Part shown: piece after piece, positions 27,472 through 42,552 of the stretch
Numbering within the stretch: the stretch's first letter is position 1
How the letters are laid out: the number at the start of each line of letters is the position of its first letter
Made by a program: the position numbers and the translations under genes
The notes under the pieces: model-generated
What the model was told of the DNA's origin: nothing
The model's input: only the letters and a program-made list of their open reading frames with translations
Databases searched by the model: none
Origin: Eledone cirrhosa
Lineage: Eukaryota
Assembly (NCBI GenBank): GCA_964016885.1
Contig: OZ024760.1
Location: forward strand, 1,736,001-1,800,000
Length of the DNA: 64,000 bases
Reading direction: 5' to 3'

Positions 27472-28260
27472 GTGGTAATGTTAGTAGCTGTGGTGGTGGT
27501 GGTAATGGTGGTGGTAGCGGTGGTAATGTTAGTAGCTGTGGTGGTGGTGGTAATGGTGGTGGTAGCGGTGGTAATGTTAGTAGCTGTGGTGGTGGTAATG
27601 GTGGTGGTAGCGGTGGTAATGTTAGTAGCTGTGGTGGTGGTGGTAATGGTGGTGGTAGCGGTGGTAATGTTAGTAGCTGTGGTGGTGGTGGTAATGGTGG
27701 TGGTAGCGGTGGTAATGTTAGTAGCTGTGGTGGTGGTGGTAATGGTGGTGGTAGCGGTGGTAATGTTAGTAGCTGTGGTGGTGGTAATGGTGGTGGTAGC
27801 GGTGGTAATGTTAGTAGCTGTGGTGGTGGTGGTAATGGTGGTGGTAGCGGTGGTAATGTTAGTAGCTGTGGTGGTGGTGGTAATGGTGGTGGTAGCGGTG
27901 GTAATGTTAGTAGCTGTGGTGGTGGTGGTAATGGTGGTGGTAGCGGTGGTAATGTTAGTAGCTGTGGTGGTGGTGGTAATGGTGGTGGTAGCGGTGGTAA
28001 TGTTAGTAGCTGTGGTGGTGGTAATGGTGGTGGTAGCGGTGGTAATGTTAGTAGCTGTGGTGGTGGTGGTAATGGTGGTGGTAGCGGTGGTAATGTTAGT
28101 AGCTGTGGTGGTGGTAATGGTGGTGGTAGCGGTGGTAATGTTAGTAGCTGTGGTGGTGGTGGTAATGGTGGTGGTAGCGGTGGTAATGTTAGTAGCTGTG
28201 GTGGTGGTGGTAATGGTGGTGGTAGCGGTGGTAATGTTAGTAGCTGTGGTAGTGGTAATG
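27472..28260. repeat. 45/48-bp minisatellite, about 16 copies
   Basis: Unit GTGGTAATGTTAGTAGCTGTGGTGGTGGTGGTAATGGTGGTGGTAGCG. Confidence 0.92.
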
Positions 28261-29226
28261 GTAGTGGCTATGGTGGTAATGGTAAGGTGGTAGTAGTGGT
28301 GGTAATGTTGGTGGTGGTGGAGCTAATGGTAGTAGCTCTGATAATGGTAGCTATGGTAGCAAAGCTGGGGTAGCGGCGGTGGTAATGGTAGTAGCGATGG
28401 TGGTGATGGTTGTAATGACAGTGGTAGTTGGTATTAGTGATGGTGGGAATGGCGACGGTGGTGGTAATGTTAGTAGCTGTGGTGGCGGTAATGGTAGTAG
28501 TGATGGTGATGGTGGTAATGGCAGTAGTGATGATGGTGGTGGTAGTGATGGTGGTGGTGGTAATAGTGGTGGTAGCAATGATGGTGGTGGTAATGGTGGT
28601 GGTAATGGTGGTGGTAATGGTGATGGTGGTGGTAATGGTGGTGGTAATGGTGATGGTAGCGATGGTGGTGGTGGTAATGGTGGTGGTAGCGATGATTGTG
28701 GTGGTAATAGCAGTAGTGATGATGGTGGTAGTAGTGATGGTGGTGGTAGTAATAGTGGTGGTAGCAATGATGGTGGTGGTAATGGTGGTGGTAATGGTGA
28801 TGGTGGTGGTAATGGTGGTGGTAATGGTGATGGTAGCGATGGTGGTGGTGGTAATGGTGGTGGTAGCGATGATGGTGGTGGTAATGGTGGTGGTAGCGAT
28901 GGTGGTGGTAGTAATAGTGGTGGTAGCAATGATGGTGGTGGTAATGGTGGTGGTAATGGTGATGGTGGTGGTAATGGTGGTGGTAATGGTGATGGTAGCG
29001 ATGGTGGTTGTGGTAATGGTGGTGGTAGCGAAGGTGGTGGTAGCGATGATGGTGGTGGTAATGGTGGTGGTAGCGATGATGGTGGTGGTAGCGATGGTGG
29101 TGGTGGTGGTGGTGGTGATGACGGTGAAGTTAGATTCCAGAGAATGGGAAGACACTGCAGGAAACCTTTCAATTTATGTAAACAGGACTTTGACAACGGA
29201 TGTTTGATAGGAGTATATATACACAT

Positions 29227-29257
<31 letters not shown>

Positions 29258-29434
29258 CACATACACACACACATATATATATATATATACACACATATAT
29301 ATATATATATATATACATACACACACACACACACACGCACACACACACACACATATATATATATGTGCATTTGGAAATGCAAACAAAGGAAAAAAATGTA
29401 CTCTATGCAAATAGAATGTATACTCATATGTATG

Positions 29435-29507
<73 letters not shown>

Positions 29508-29583
29508 ACACATATTCTATTTGTATAAAGTACATTTTTCTCTTTTGTTTACAGTTCCAAATGCACACATATATATATGTGTA

Positions 29584-29615
<32 letters not shown>

Positions 29616-29753
29616 ATGTGTGTATGTATGTATATATATATATATATATACATAAAATATATATATTATATATATATAAATATATATGTGCATTTGGAAC
29701 TGCGAACAACAGAGTAAAATGTACTTTATACAAATATATATATGTATATATAT

Positions 29754-29803
<50 letters not shown>

Positions 29804-29815
29804 ATGTATATATAC

Positions 29816-29854
<39 letters not shown>

Positions 29855-29897
29855 CATATATGTATATATACATAATATATATATGTATATATACATA

Positions 29898-29928
<31 letters not shown>

Positions 29929-29993
29929 TATATAACATATATGTATATATACATAATATATATATACATAATATATATATGTATATATACATA

Positions 29994-30024
<31 letters not shown>

Positions 30025-30392
30025 TATATACATATAAACCCATATATGTACATATAAAGCCATACAACTATGAACTGAGATGATTTCAGTTAATGTATAT
30101 TTTATAGCAATGTAATATTAGCTTTATTTTGATTCCTTTCTATAAAAAAAACACAAAACAACAAAACATTAAGACAGTCTGTGTATATGGATATGGATTT
30201 ATGTATATTTATATGTATATGTGGGTGTGTTTGTATATATATATATATGTGCGTGTGTGTGTGTGTGAGTGTATGTATACTTATATATGTATATATATAT
30301 ATATATATATATGTGTATGTCTGTGTTTGTGTGTGTTTGTGTGAATTTATGTGTGTAAATATTTATATAGATATATTTATATATATGTGTAA

Positions 30393-30492
<100 letters not shown>

Positions 30493-31217
30493 ATTTATAT
30501 ATGTAAATATATATAATATATACATGTATACATACATATATATATATATATATAATATATACATGTATGTATGAATGTGTACATTTGTAAATATGTATAT
30601 GTATATATATATTTGATAGATATTCATAGACATACATATATATGTCACTAATACACCTACTCAGACCCACATGTACATATACACTAATAAACACACATAC
30701 GCAAACACACATTAACACACACACTGCTACAGGCACATATAGACACATACTCACACACACAGACACACACTGATACACATAGACACACATTGACACTAGG
30801 AGTCCCATAAATAAGACAACCTTTATGCATATTTTATATTCAAAAACCTGACAGACTTAAGAAGACATGTCTGTATGTAGGTATGTATACACAGCATGTT
30901 CCCCAAAAATGTATACATATTTCAACAGCAATCTATTAAATATTGCGCCTGTACAGGAAATCAAAGTGTGTATATATTTTTTTGGAAAACCCTAAAACCC
31001 TGTAAAGAAAAAAAAAAAAATATATATATTAGAAAAAAAAAAAAAATTAGAATTAGCCGTCGAAACGGCTTGAGCTCAGCCGTCGGGGTCCTACTCGTTC
31101 CTATATATATATATATATATATATATATAATGAAAAATTTGAACAGGGACAGAACAGAGAGGCAGTACAATAAATGTTTATTAAATTCACGCTCAGGAGA
31201 GTGGGGGGTAGGTGGGG

Positions 31218-31252
31218 AACGACGTTTCGGGCATAAGCCCTTCCTCAGGTGA
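31218..31252 (-). ncRNA. Ultra-minimal hammerhead motif
   Basis: Minus strand: TCAC-CTGAGGA-AGGGCTTATGCCC-GAAA-CG-TC-GTT. GUC triplet, but stem I is only about 2 bp. AATAAA and (TA)n follow. Confidence 0.55.
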
Positions 31253-31940
31253 GAAGTGTGTGGGAACAGAGTTCAAAAGGTGTGTAGGGGAGTGGCGGAG
31301 AGACATATAGCGAAAGGAAACGGTGCGAATGAAAAATTAACAAATGAAGACAAAAAATATAAAAAATAAAAATAAAGCATGATCAAAATACAAGGAATGA
31401 GAAAATTTAAAAATAAAGGCATGATCAAAATGCAAATCTATGTAAGAGTATGTAGGTAAGTATGTAGGTAAGTATGTGTTGAAACAAATATTGTTATATT
31501 TGGGGAGGATCATATTGTTATAATATTGCCAGAAATAATAATAAAACACACTCACTGTTTGGTTTAGGTTGGTTTTCATAGTTAATTTATCTGGCAATCA
31601 ACATTTATCATTGATTGACCAACGGTTCAAAATACAGATATAAATATATATACATATATATACAAGGATCGGAATTAGGAGTATTCCGCAGTTCACAGTA
31701 GTAATAATAATATTAGCTCAAAGAAGAATAGAGAGTTTCCTCTGAGCTCAAATACAAATAAGTTATAAGGTTGGTGATTTAAAACTCTACTTCAGAGATT
31801 TAATTCTGACTTCTGAGTTTTTTTCTATTTAATTGCTAACCTGTAGATATTGTTCTCCATACAGTAACGGTTAAACACGCTTGTAATAATTCTTTACACA
31901 CATCTCACTGTGTAACACACTTCTCTCTGTGTAATATATT

Positions 31941-31980
<40 letters not shown>

Positions 31981-32424
31981 TACGTAGGTCCCGGGTTGAG
32001 TCGGGGATAACCACAGTAAGTAAGGTACTCAATGCATGGCAGAGTAAAATTTTTTTATTTTTATATTTTATAGAAGGAGCTTCTACAGGACTAGTACGAA
32101 GATTTCATCTGAATGAAACAGTACTAGTCCTGTAGAAGCTCCTTCTATATATATATATATATATATATAAGTTTATCCCAGGTTTAATCGGGGTTAACCA
32201 CAGTAAGTAAGGTACTCAATACATAGCAGAGTATAAATATTTAATATAGAAATGGCTTCTACAAGACTAGAACTGCTTCAATCACAGTTCTGTTCTTTTG
32301 TCACACATCTGTGACATTATCAGTGGCACTATTATGTTTCCTCCCATTGTATTGTAATGTCTACACCAAAAAATGGCGTAGACATTACAATACAACACAC
32401 ACAGACATAAATTTCTCTCTCTCA

Positions 32425-32516
<92 letters not shown>

Positions 32517-32779
32517 GAAAATAGAGAAATTAATGTAAGCAAAAAGCCAACAACAATTCAGACATATAAGTGACTATAACATCAAGATGAACAATGTTTA
32601 ACGTAAGATGTGGGATAAGTAATACAATCTTAATTCAAAACAAGTCAAGAAGAAAAACTTTATCCTCAGACTTTGTGTAAGTTGGGGAAAAAAGTAATAC
32701 AATCTTAACTCAAAATAAAATCAAGAACAAATACTTAACCGTCAATTTGGGGGAGGCGGGGGACTACAAATGCATATAT

Positions 32780-33095
32780 GTTATCATCATCATCATTTTA
32801 TGTCCGCCTTTCCCTGCTTGCACGGGTGGGACAGGAACTGATTCTGGCTTGAGTTCTACAGCTGGATGCCCTTCCTAACACCAACCTCATTTACAGTGAG
32901 TGCTGGGTGCTTTTTTTTGCCGTGGCACCTCCACGACCACTTTGCAGTGGAATGATATGGACCCCAGTCCCTATCATCTCATTTCTACAGCTGAGTAAAC
33001 TGGAGCAATGTGAAATAAAGTGTCTTGCTCAAGGAAACAACACGTCACCCGGTCTGAGAATTGAACTCACAACCTTTCGATTGCAAGGCCAATGC

Positions 33096-33100
<5 letters not shown>
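32780..33100 (-). mobile_element. CORE-type SINE, family B, with RTE-like tail
   Basis: Nearly identical to 45793-46134. The head is clipped by (TA)n. Confidence 0.85.
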
Positions 33101-33140
<40 letters not shown>

Positions 33141-33397
33141 CCGTCGAGTTGCCGATCATTGAGTCGGGTAGGATCGATAGAGATTGAACCTTGAGCCGAT
33201 CAGTGGCGAAACCCGCGTCACCTATCAATAAATGCAATGAAGGAGTAATCAATCATCCTTGTTATCCTTTCAATATATTACACTCTGTCTAGCTCTACAC
33301 CTCATCACAGAAGTGAACCTAAACATCGAGTGCTCTCCCGGGTGAACCTGCAGTATCTCCAAGTTACACCAGCTGGATATATATATATATATATATA

Positions 33398-33587
33398 TAA
33401 CGAAGGAAATGTGGTAAGGAACCAGGTGGTCCATAACGCATCAAAGTACTCAATACTTAGGGTAGTAGAGTGGGTAATAGGAACAAGTAAGACCCCGACG
33501 GCTGAGCTCAAGCCGTTTCGACAGCTAATTCAGTCCAGAATTAGCCGTCGAAACGGCTTGAGCTCAGCCGTCGGGGTCTTACTTGTT

Positions 33588-33590
<3 letters not shown>
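33398..33590. mobile_element. TA-flanked foldback element (other copies at 47534-47723, 51322-51504, 58578-58775; fragments at 31049, 45478, 47400)
   Basis: About 80 bp of unique arm followed by a palindrome of about 110 bp containing GTCGAAACGGCTTGAGCTCAGCCGTCGGGGTC. Confidence 0.8.
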
Positions 33591-33630
<40 letters not shown>

Positions 33631-35105
33631 TGATGATACATACTGCCTTTCTACTAAAACAGTGAGTTTCCGCAGTTACAGGTGTGGCCATTATAATAGC
33701 TAACAGTGTAGCTATAATAATTACAGTGTGGTTACCATAGCTACTAGATGGCTCTGGCATTTTGATTTATGGCCCCTGCCCAATCCGGGGACAATATTTT
33801 GCAGACATTTACATTCTTACTTCAATGCTAACAACCATTTAGCAGAAATTTTCAAGCAATTTCACACAGATTTATTGAATTCTGAACTGTTTTCTTATAT
33901 ATGTTTGGCTGACACCAGGGGGACATTTATGGTCTTTAGTAGCAAACAAACTGTTTGACAGGTAAAAACTGGAGTTGTGGGGTGAGGGGATGGGATGAGG
34001 GCAGTGTGAGAGCAGAGGGGCCCTGAGGTGTGGTGGGCAGTGTGTTAGGTGTGGTGCAGAGCTTGTTGTTGTTGTTGTTGTTGTTGGTGGTGGTGGTGTT
34101 TGGTTGGGGGGGGGGGGGGGATTATACAGACTATGCTTGTGCGTAAGTGTCTGTGTGGTGTATGTATGTGAAATGTGAAAGTGACTATGTGTATATATGA
34201 ACGTGTGCTTATGTTTATGTATGTATGTGTAAGTGTGTATGTTTATGTACGTGTATGTTTATGCATGTGTCTATGTGTGTGTATGTATGAACGTGTGTTT
34301 ATGTATATGCATTTAAAAGTGTATATGTATTTGCAAATGTGTATGTGTGTGTATGTGGAAATGTCTATGTGTATGTATGTGAAAGTGTCTGTATGTGTAT
34401 GTGTGAGTGTTTATGTATATGCATTTAAAAGTGTCTATGTATTTGCAAATGTGTATGTGTGTGTGGAAATGTCTATGTGTATGTATGTTGTGCGTTATGT
34501 GTATATATGTGTGTCTATGTATGTGAAAGTGTCTATATGTGGTGTATGTGTATGCAAATATGTATGTGTGTGTATGTGAAAGCATCTATGTGTGTGTCTG
34601 TGTGTATATAAGTTGAAGTGTGTGTGTCTATGTGTGGTGTATGAATGTGAAAGTGTCTATATGTGGTGTATGTGTATGCAAATATGTATGTGTGTGTATG
34701 TGAAAGCATCTATGTGTGTGTCTGTGTGTATATAAGTTGAAGTGTGTGTGTCTGTGTGGTGTATGAATGTCAAAGTGCATGTGTATGTGTGTGTGTGTAT
34801 GTGTATGTGTCTGTATGTGTAAGTATTTATGTGTATATGTGTATGCATTTAAAAGTGTATATCTATTTGCAGATGTCTATGTGTGTATATGAAAAATGTG
34901 CATGTGTATGTATGTGTAAGTGTGTATGTCGGGGGATAGTGGTGGTGGTAGTGGTGGTGGTAGTTTTGGTGGTGGTAGTAGTAGTAAAATAGTGATAGTA
35001 GTAAAAGTAGTGATGGTAGTAGTAAAATTAGTGGTAGTAAAAGTAGTAATAGTTGAAGTAGTAGTAATATTAGTAGTAGTAGTAGCAGTAGTAGTAGTAG
35101 TAGTC

Positions 35106-35145
<40 letters not shown>

Positions 35146-35420
35146 CAGCAGTACTACTAGTAGTAGTAGTAGTATTATTATTATTAGTAGTAGTAGTAGT
35201 AATATTAGTAGTAGTAGTAGTAGTAGCAGCAGCAGTAATATTAGTAGTCGTAGTAGTAGTAGTAGTAAACGTAGTAGTAATAGTAGTAGTAGTAGTAAAC
35301 GTAGTAGCAGTAGTAGTAGTAAACGTAGTTGTAGTAGTAGTAGTAAACGTAGTAGTAGTAGTAGTAGTAGTAGCAGTAGTAGTAGTAGTACTAGTAGTAG
35401 TAGTAGTAGTAGTAGTAAAC

Positions 35421-35463
<43 letters not shown>

Positions 35464-35889
35464 AGGGATTAATAATACTAGTAACAACAGTAATGATAAT
35501 AATAAGGATATGATAACAACAACAACAACAGTAACAATAACAATGGTGATAATTATTTCTTAATTTCTTTCCTTCTTTCTTTCCTTTTTTATTTACTTAT
35601 GATAATGATGCTTATGATTGTTTCTACTTAAGGCACAAGGCCAGCAATTACCCCAGTGTATTACTGGTACTTTATTTCATCAACCCCGTAAGGATGGAAG
35701 GCAAAGTTAACCTTGGCGGGATTTGAACTCAGATCGTAAAGGGACACTCTATCAAATAATGTTACTCCAATGCACCAGGTTTTAATGGTTTCTGATTTGG
35801 TGGTGGTGGTGGTGATGATGGTGGTGGTGGTGGTGGTGATGATGGTGGTGGTGGTGGTGATTCTACTAATGATGTTGATATATTAACAA

Positions 35890-36788
35890 TCTATATATAT
35901 AAAGCTGTGGTTGTCTGTCTGTCTATCGATTTTTGGCACACATCTCCTCTTAGAATCTCTCACGGAATTGCACCGAAATTGCTATACTTGTACATTGAGC
36001 CCTAGCGAAGACATCGGAAAAAAAATAATTTCAAATTGACCCACCCTATGTGACGAAATCGAATATAATGTATCGATTTTTGAGCGTAAGTTATCAGTTA
36101 TTTCCCTTTGTTCTGTTTACATTGAGCGTCTTACGTAAACAATTACGCTGGCTTTAACAGTTGTCGAGCCAGCAAAATATTGACCTGCAAAATTCATCAG
36201 TTCGAACACTAAGCTTCCGTTTTGTTTCATTTCCATTTAAAAGCATTTTAAAACAATATTTTTACTTGAAAACAAGTCTATTTAAAGACTACGTAAAACA
36301 AGCAAATATTTCGTCGTTAGGCGTGCAGACAGACAGTCGTGCAGAGAGGTGATATACGCGTGCAGACAGATAGTCGTGCAGAGAGGTGATATAGGCGTGC
36401 AGACAGACAGTCGTGCAGAGAGGTGATATAGGCGTGCAGACAGACAGTCGTGCAGAGAGGTGATATAGGCGTGCAGACAGACATAACTGATAATTTGGTT
36501 ACGCTAATGTTTTTCTCTGCGTTGCAGTGTTTACATTTTCGATCTTTGTTAATAAATAACCAGTGCAGTTTCTATTCCCAGCATCCTCTTTTGTTATAAC
36601 ATTCGGGTTATCGTTATGTTTTCTTAACTTCATAAGGCATATTGTTGGTTGAGGGAATATTAATCAAAAACACCACATGCAAGTCTGCACAGTAGGCACT
36701 ACAGTTTTTAAGCCAAGAAAGAAACTTAACATTGTAACTTTAACACAGCTACTGAGCGACCCCGAGCAACGCCGGGCTTTACTGCTAG
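35890..36788 (+). mobile_element. Non-autonomous Helitron
   Basis: A|TCTATATATATAAA 5' end, CCCGAGCAACGCCGGG subterminal hairpin, CTAG|T 3' end. Internal 37-bp repeat x4 (36320-36480). Confidence 0.8.
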
Positions 36789-36824
36789 TAATAGATATAA
36801 GGATTTTATTATTGGTCACTGGAT

Positions 36825-38115
36825 GATGGTGATAATAAGATGTGATGATGATGATGATGGTGATAATAAGCTGTGATGATGATGATGATGGTGATAATAA
36901 GCTGTGATGATGATGATGATGATGGTGATAATAAGATGTGCTGATGATGATGATGATGGTGATAATAAGATGTACTGATGATGATGATGGTGGTGATAAT
37001 AAGATGTGCTGATGATGATGATGATGGTGATAATAAGATGTGATGATGATGATGGTGATAATAAGCTGTGATGATGATGATGGTGATAATAAGCTGTGAT
37101 GATGATGATGATGTTGGTGATAATAAGATGTGCTGATGACGATGATGATGGTGATAATAAGATGTGATGATGATGATGATGGTGATAATAAGATGTGATG
37201 ATGATGATGATGGTGATAATAAGATGTAATGATGATGATGATGATAATAATAAGCTGTGATGATGATGATGATGGTGATAATAAGATGTAATGATGATGA
37301 TGATGGTGATAATAAGATGTGATGATGATGATGATGGTGATAATAAGATGTGATGATGATGATGATGGTGATAATAAGATGTGCTGATGATGATGATAAT
37401 AAGATGTGATGATGATGATGATGGTGATAATAAGCTGTGATGATGATGATGATGGTGATAATAAGATGTGCTGATGATGATGATGGTGATAATAAGATGT
37501 GATGATGATGATGATGGTGATAATAAGCTGTGATGATGATGATGATGGTGATAATAAGCTGTGATGATGATGATGATGGTGATAATAAGATGTGCTGATG
37601 ATGATGATGATGATGGTGATAATAAGATGTGATGATGATGGTGATAATAAGATGTGATGATGATGATGATGGTGATAATAAGCTGTGATGATGATGATGA
37701 TGGTGATAATAAGCTGTGATGATGATGATGATGGTGATAATAAGATGTGATGATGATGATGATGGTGATAATAAGATGTGATGATGATGATGGTGATGAT
37801 GGTGATAATAAGATGTGATGATGATGATGGTGATAATAAGATGTGATGATGATGATGATGGTGATAATAAGATGTGATGATGATGATGGTGATGGTGATG
37901 ATGATGATGGTGATAATAAGATGTGATGATGATGATGATGGTGATAATAAGATGTGGTGATGATGATGATGGTGATAATAAGATGTGCTGATGATGATGA
38001 TGGTGATAATAAGATGTGATGATGATGATGATAATAATAAGATGTGATGATGATGATGATGATGATGGTGATATTAAGATGTGATGATGATGATGATAAT
38101 AATAAGATGTGATGA
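36825..38115. repeat. Minisatellite of about 30-36 bp, GGTGATAATAAG(A/C)TGT(GAT)n
   Basis: Roughly 40 variable-length units. Confidence 0.9.
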
Positions 38116-38424
38116 TGATGATATGATGATACAATGATGATGATGTAATGATGGCCATGTAATGATGATGATCTAATGATGATGATGATGATACAATAGT
38201 GATGGAATGATGAGGATATGATGATGATAAAGGTGATGGTCATGATGATGATGTAATGATGAAGATATGATGATGATGATGTAATGATGAAGATATGATG
38301 ATGATGATGATGATGATGGTCATGATGATGATGATGTAATGATGAAGATATGATGATGATGATGATATGATGATGATGATACAATAATGATGGAATGATA
38401 AGGATATGAAGAAGAAGAAGATGG

Positions 38425-38462
<38 letters not shown>

Positions 38463-38848
38463 GTGGTGTCATGATGATGATGAAGTAATAATAATGAAGC
38501 CAGCAAATATAACCCTGATATGCCTCACTGGCTTTGGCAATATAATAATAATGATAGTGTCGCCAATAAAGGTGCCAATGCAGACATGGTAATTTTTGTT
38601 GTTGATGCTGTCATTGTTGCTGGTAGTGATGATAATGATGGTGGTGATGGTGGTGATGATGGTGGTGACTGTTATGATGATGGTTATAATGATGATCAGA
38701 AGAATTATGAGTCTACACTTGGTGATCTGGTGAAAAAAAAAAAATCTTTATGATCTTTTGAGGTTATATAGGGTATACATATAGTTAAATCACTCTAGTC
38801 TAACATCTATTTTGAAATAAGTTATTCTTTTACTGGCTTTAATCTATA

Positions 38849-38911
<63 letters not shown>

Positions 38912-38915
38912 AAAC

Positions 38916-39046
<131 letters not shown>

Positions 39047-39270
39047 CATATAAATACATAAACGGAGAAAGCTAATAGCGATACTCCAGCCAAATTCCAT
39101 ATATATACATATATACATACATATATATATATATTTATATATATACATGTATAAATATATATACATATATATATATACATACATATACATATATATATAC
39201 ATATATATATATATACACACATATACATATATATGTATATACATATATATATAAATATACATACATTTCT

Positions 39271-39314
<44 letters not shown>

Positions 39315-39323
39315 GCATATATA

Positions 39324-39362
<39 letters not shown>

Positions 39363-39439
39363 GCATATATATACATATACATACATATATATACACACAT
39401 TTATGCACACACACACATTTATGTATATATATATATATT

Positions 39440-39470
<31 letters not shown>

Positions 39471-39598
39471 TCAAATGAACCTGTTTTAGTCCGTAGAAGT
39501 TATTTCTAAATATAATATAGGTGCCTATTCTCTACCAACGTATTGAGTACTTATAACTGTGGTCACCTCCCAATACCTGCTGGGAATATCTAACCATA

Positions 39599-39651
<53 letters not shown>

Positions 39652-39751
39652 GAAAATAAAAGAACAAAACACAGGATACAATTGTACACAGTTATATTAG
39701 ATTCACTCTCCCTCTCTCTCTCTCTATATATATATATATAGAAAGAGAGAT

Positions 39752-39790
<39 letters not shown>

Positions 39791-39909
39791 TATACATATA
39801 TATATATACATATATATACATATATATATATACACATATATACATATATATATATATACACATATATATACATATATATATATATGTATACATATATATA
39901 TATATGTAT

Positions 39910-39996
<87 letters not shown>

Positions 39997-40037
39997 TAAA
40001 TATACATATATATATACATGTATATATATATGTATAC

Positions 40038-40104
<67 letters not shown>

Positions 40105-40189
40105 TACATATATATATATACATATAAATATATATATATATATATACATGTATATATATATATATACATACATATATATATATACATAT

Positions 40190-40259
<70 letters not shown>

Positions 40260-40381
40260 ATATATATATAGTTTTGCGAGGTTTTTTATATGAAATCGTG
40301 TGTAGAAACAGATATTGTTATACTTGGGGAGGGTCATATTTGCGTAATATTGCCAGAATTAATAACAGAACACACTCACTG

Positions 40382-40443
<62 letters not shown>

Positions 40444-40553
40444 AATCATATCATAGGAATGAGAACACCAAGAGGAAAACAGATCTGTTATTCACGACAT
40501 AACTTAAATGATGTGAGGTAAATAATTATGTTACCATTTTCCTGTGGCATATA

Positions 40554-40594
<41 letters not shown>

Positions 40595-40620
40595 ATATAT
40601 GTCTGTGTTTGTGTAAACAC

Positions 40621-40663
<43 letters not shown>

Positions 40664-40740
40664 CAAATATGCATATATATATATATATATATACACATAC
40701 ATATATGCACATATATATATATACACAAACATATATGCAC

Positions 40741-40771
<31 letters not shown>

Positions 40772-41320
40772 TGTATATGTGTGTACATATATACATATGT
40801 ACATGTATGTATGAACATATATACAGAGAGGTATGTCTAAAAAATATGTATATACTTATATAGAGAGGGGGGAGATGGAGAGAGAGAAGGAAAAATAAAG
40901 AGAGAGAAAGAGAAAGAAAGAGAGAATGAGAGAGAGAGAGAGAAGGAGAGAGAAGGAGAGAGAAGGAAAGATAGAAAGGAAGAGTGGGAGAGAGTAGGAG
41001 AAATAGAGAAGGAAAGACTGATAGGGAGAGAGAGAGACGTGGGTGCACGCAGACAAATGACTGCACAAGAGGCAACATATTTGGGAAGGGTGTGCAAATA
41101 TATTTGTGTCTTTAAATGATACCAGTGCTATACATCAGTACATTGTTGTGCATGCCAACGTGGCCAGATGCACCTATGTCTCTACGGTCTGCTGAAAGGT
41201 ATGTAGGAGTCTGGTGGGCTGACAGCTTAAAGATGTCACCCCATTATGTTGCTTTGTGTGCAGATGTGATATTGCACATATATCAAATATGTTTTTCTCT
41301 TGTTTTCTCATTCCTATTAT

Positions 41321-41365
<45 letters not shown>

Positions 41366-41417
41366 GATGTGTGTGTGTGTATGTATATATAAATATATAT
41401 ATATATGTGTATATATA

Positions 41418-41458
<41 letters not shown>

Positions 41459-41638
41459 TATAGATATTTTATATATATACATATATACTTACATACTTAC
41501 ACATATATTTATATACATATACATACAAACATACATATATACATATATATATATATATTTATACATATTATTACATATATACATATATTTTATATATATA
41601 TAAATATATATATATATATACAAATATTTTATATACAA

Positions 41639-41683
<45 letters not shown>

Positions 41684-41685
<2 letters not shown>

Positions 41686-42120
41686 ATTAAACAAATGGAA
41701 ACTATATTTATAAAACCATATTTATTTCATTATATATACTTCAGGGATATCATATTAAAAATATGGTATGCCTTCCTCAGACAAAATACAATATATAAGC
41801 CGTTTTATAAATAAATTTGACATACCTTAAAATAATGCAACTTCCATTTAAAAAGTTGATTTTTAAATGGAAGTTGCATTATTTTAAGGTATGTCAAATT
41901 TATTTATAAAACGGCTTATATATTGTATTTTGTCTGAGGAAGGCATACCATATTTTTAATATGATATCCCTGAAATATATATAATGAAATAAATATGGTT
42001 TTATAAATATAGTTTCCATTTGTTTAATATCGTAAACCTACTCCAAAATCTGTTGAGTGCTTTTATATCAGTTATAAAATATTTACTCGTAACCCAACAA
42101 TTTTAAATAAAACTTTTGCA
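41684..42120. mobile_element. Foldback copy of the hammerhead-bearing element: 171-bp arms, 5-nt loop, then the 3' tail
   Basis: 41684-41854 is the near-perfect reverse complement of 41860-42030. The element ends AACTTTTGCA(TA)n. Confidence 0.9.
41926..41991 (+). ncRNA. Minimal type I hammerhead motif (mirror copy at 41723-41788 on the minus strand has GAAG)
   Basis: TATTTTGT-CTGAGGA-AGGCATACCATATT...AATATGATATCCCT-GAAA-TATATA-TA-ATGAAATA. Confidence 0.75.
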
Positions 42121-42174
42121 TATATATATATACATATATTTTATATAGATATAAATATATATATATATATACAG

Positions 42175-42221
<47 letters not shown>

Positions 42222-42552
42222 AAATAATAATAAAAAAAATAATAATAATGGTTTCTGATTTAGGCACAAGGCCAGCAATTTTGCAAGAGGGGAAAGTCAA
42301 TTAAATCAACCCCAGGGCATTACTGGTACATTATTTTATTGACCTCGTAAGGTTGAAAGGCAAAGTTAACCTCAGCAGGATATATAGTTCAAATTTCAGC
42401 ATAATAAGGCAAAAGTTTGTTATTTTATTAAATCTATACAAAATTTTCAAAAGTATTTAAAACACATAAGAAGTGTTTTTCATGAGAGAAATGGCACTGA
42501 AAGAGTTAACAACATCCAAAAGACAAACAAAATAACATATATATATATATAT

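Noticed and set aside
36180-36215. Isolated CTGANGA heptamers (also near 10015, 14597, 33630, 52295, 60057)
   Set aside because: No stem II-GAAA-UH-stem I arrangement follows.
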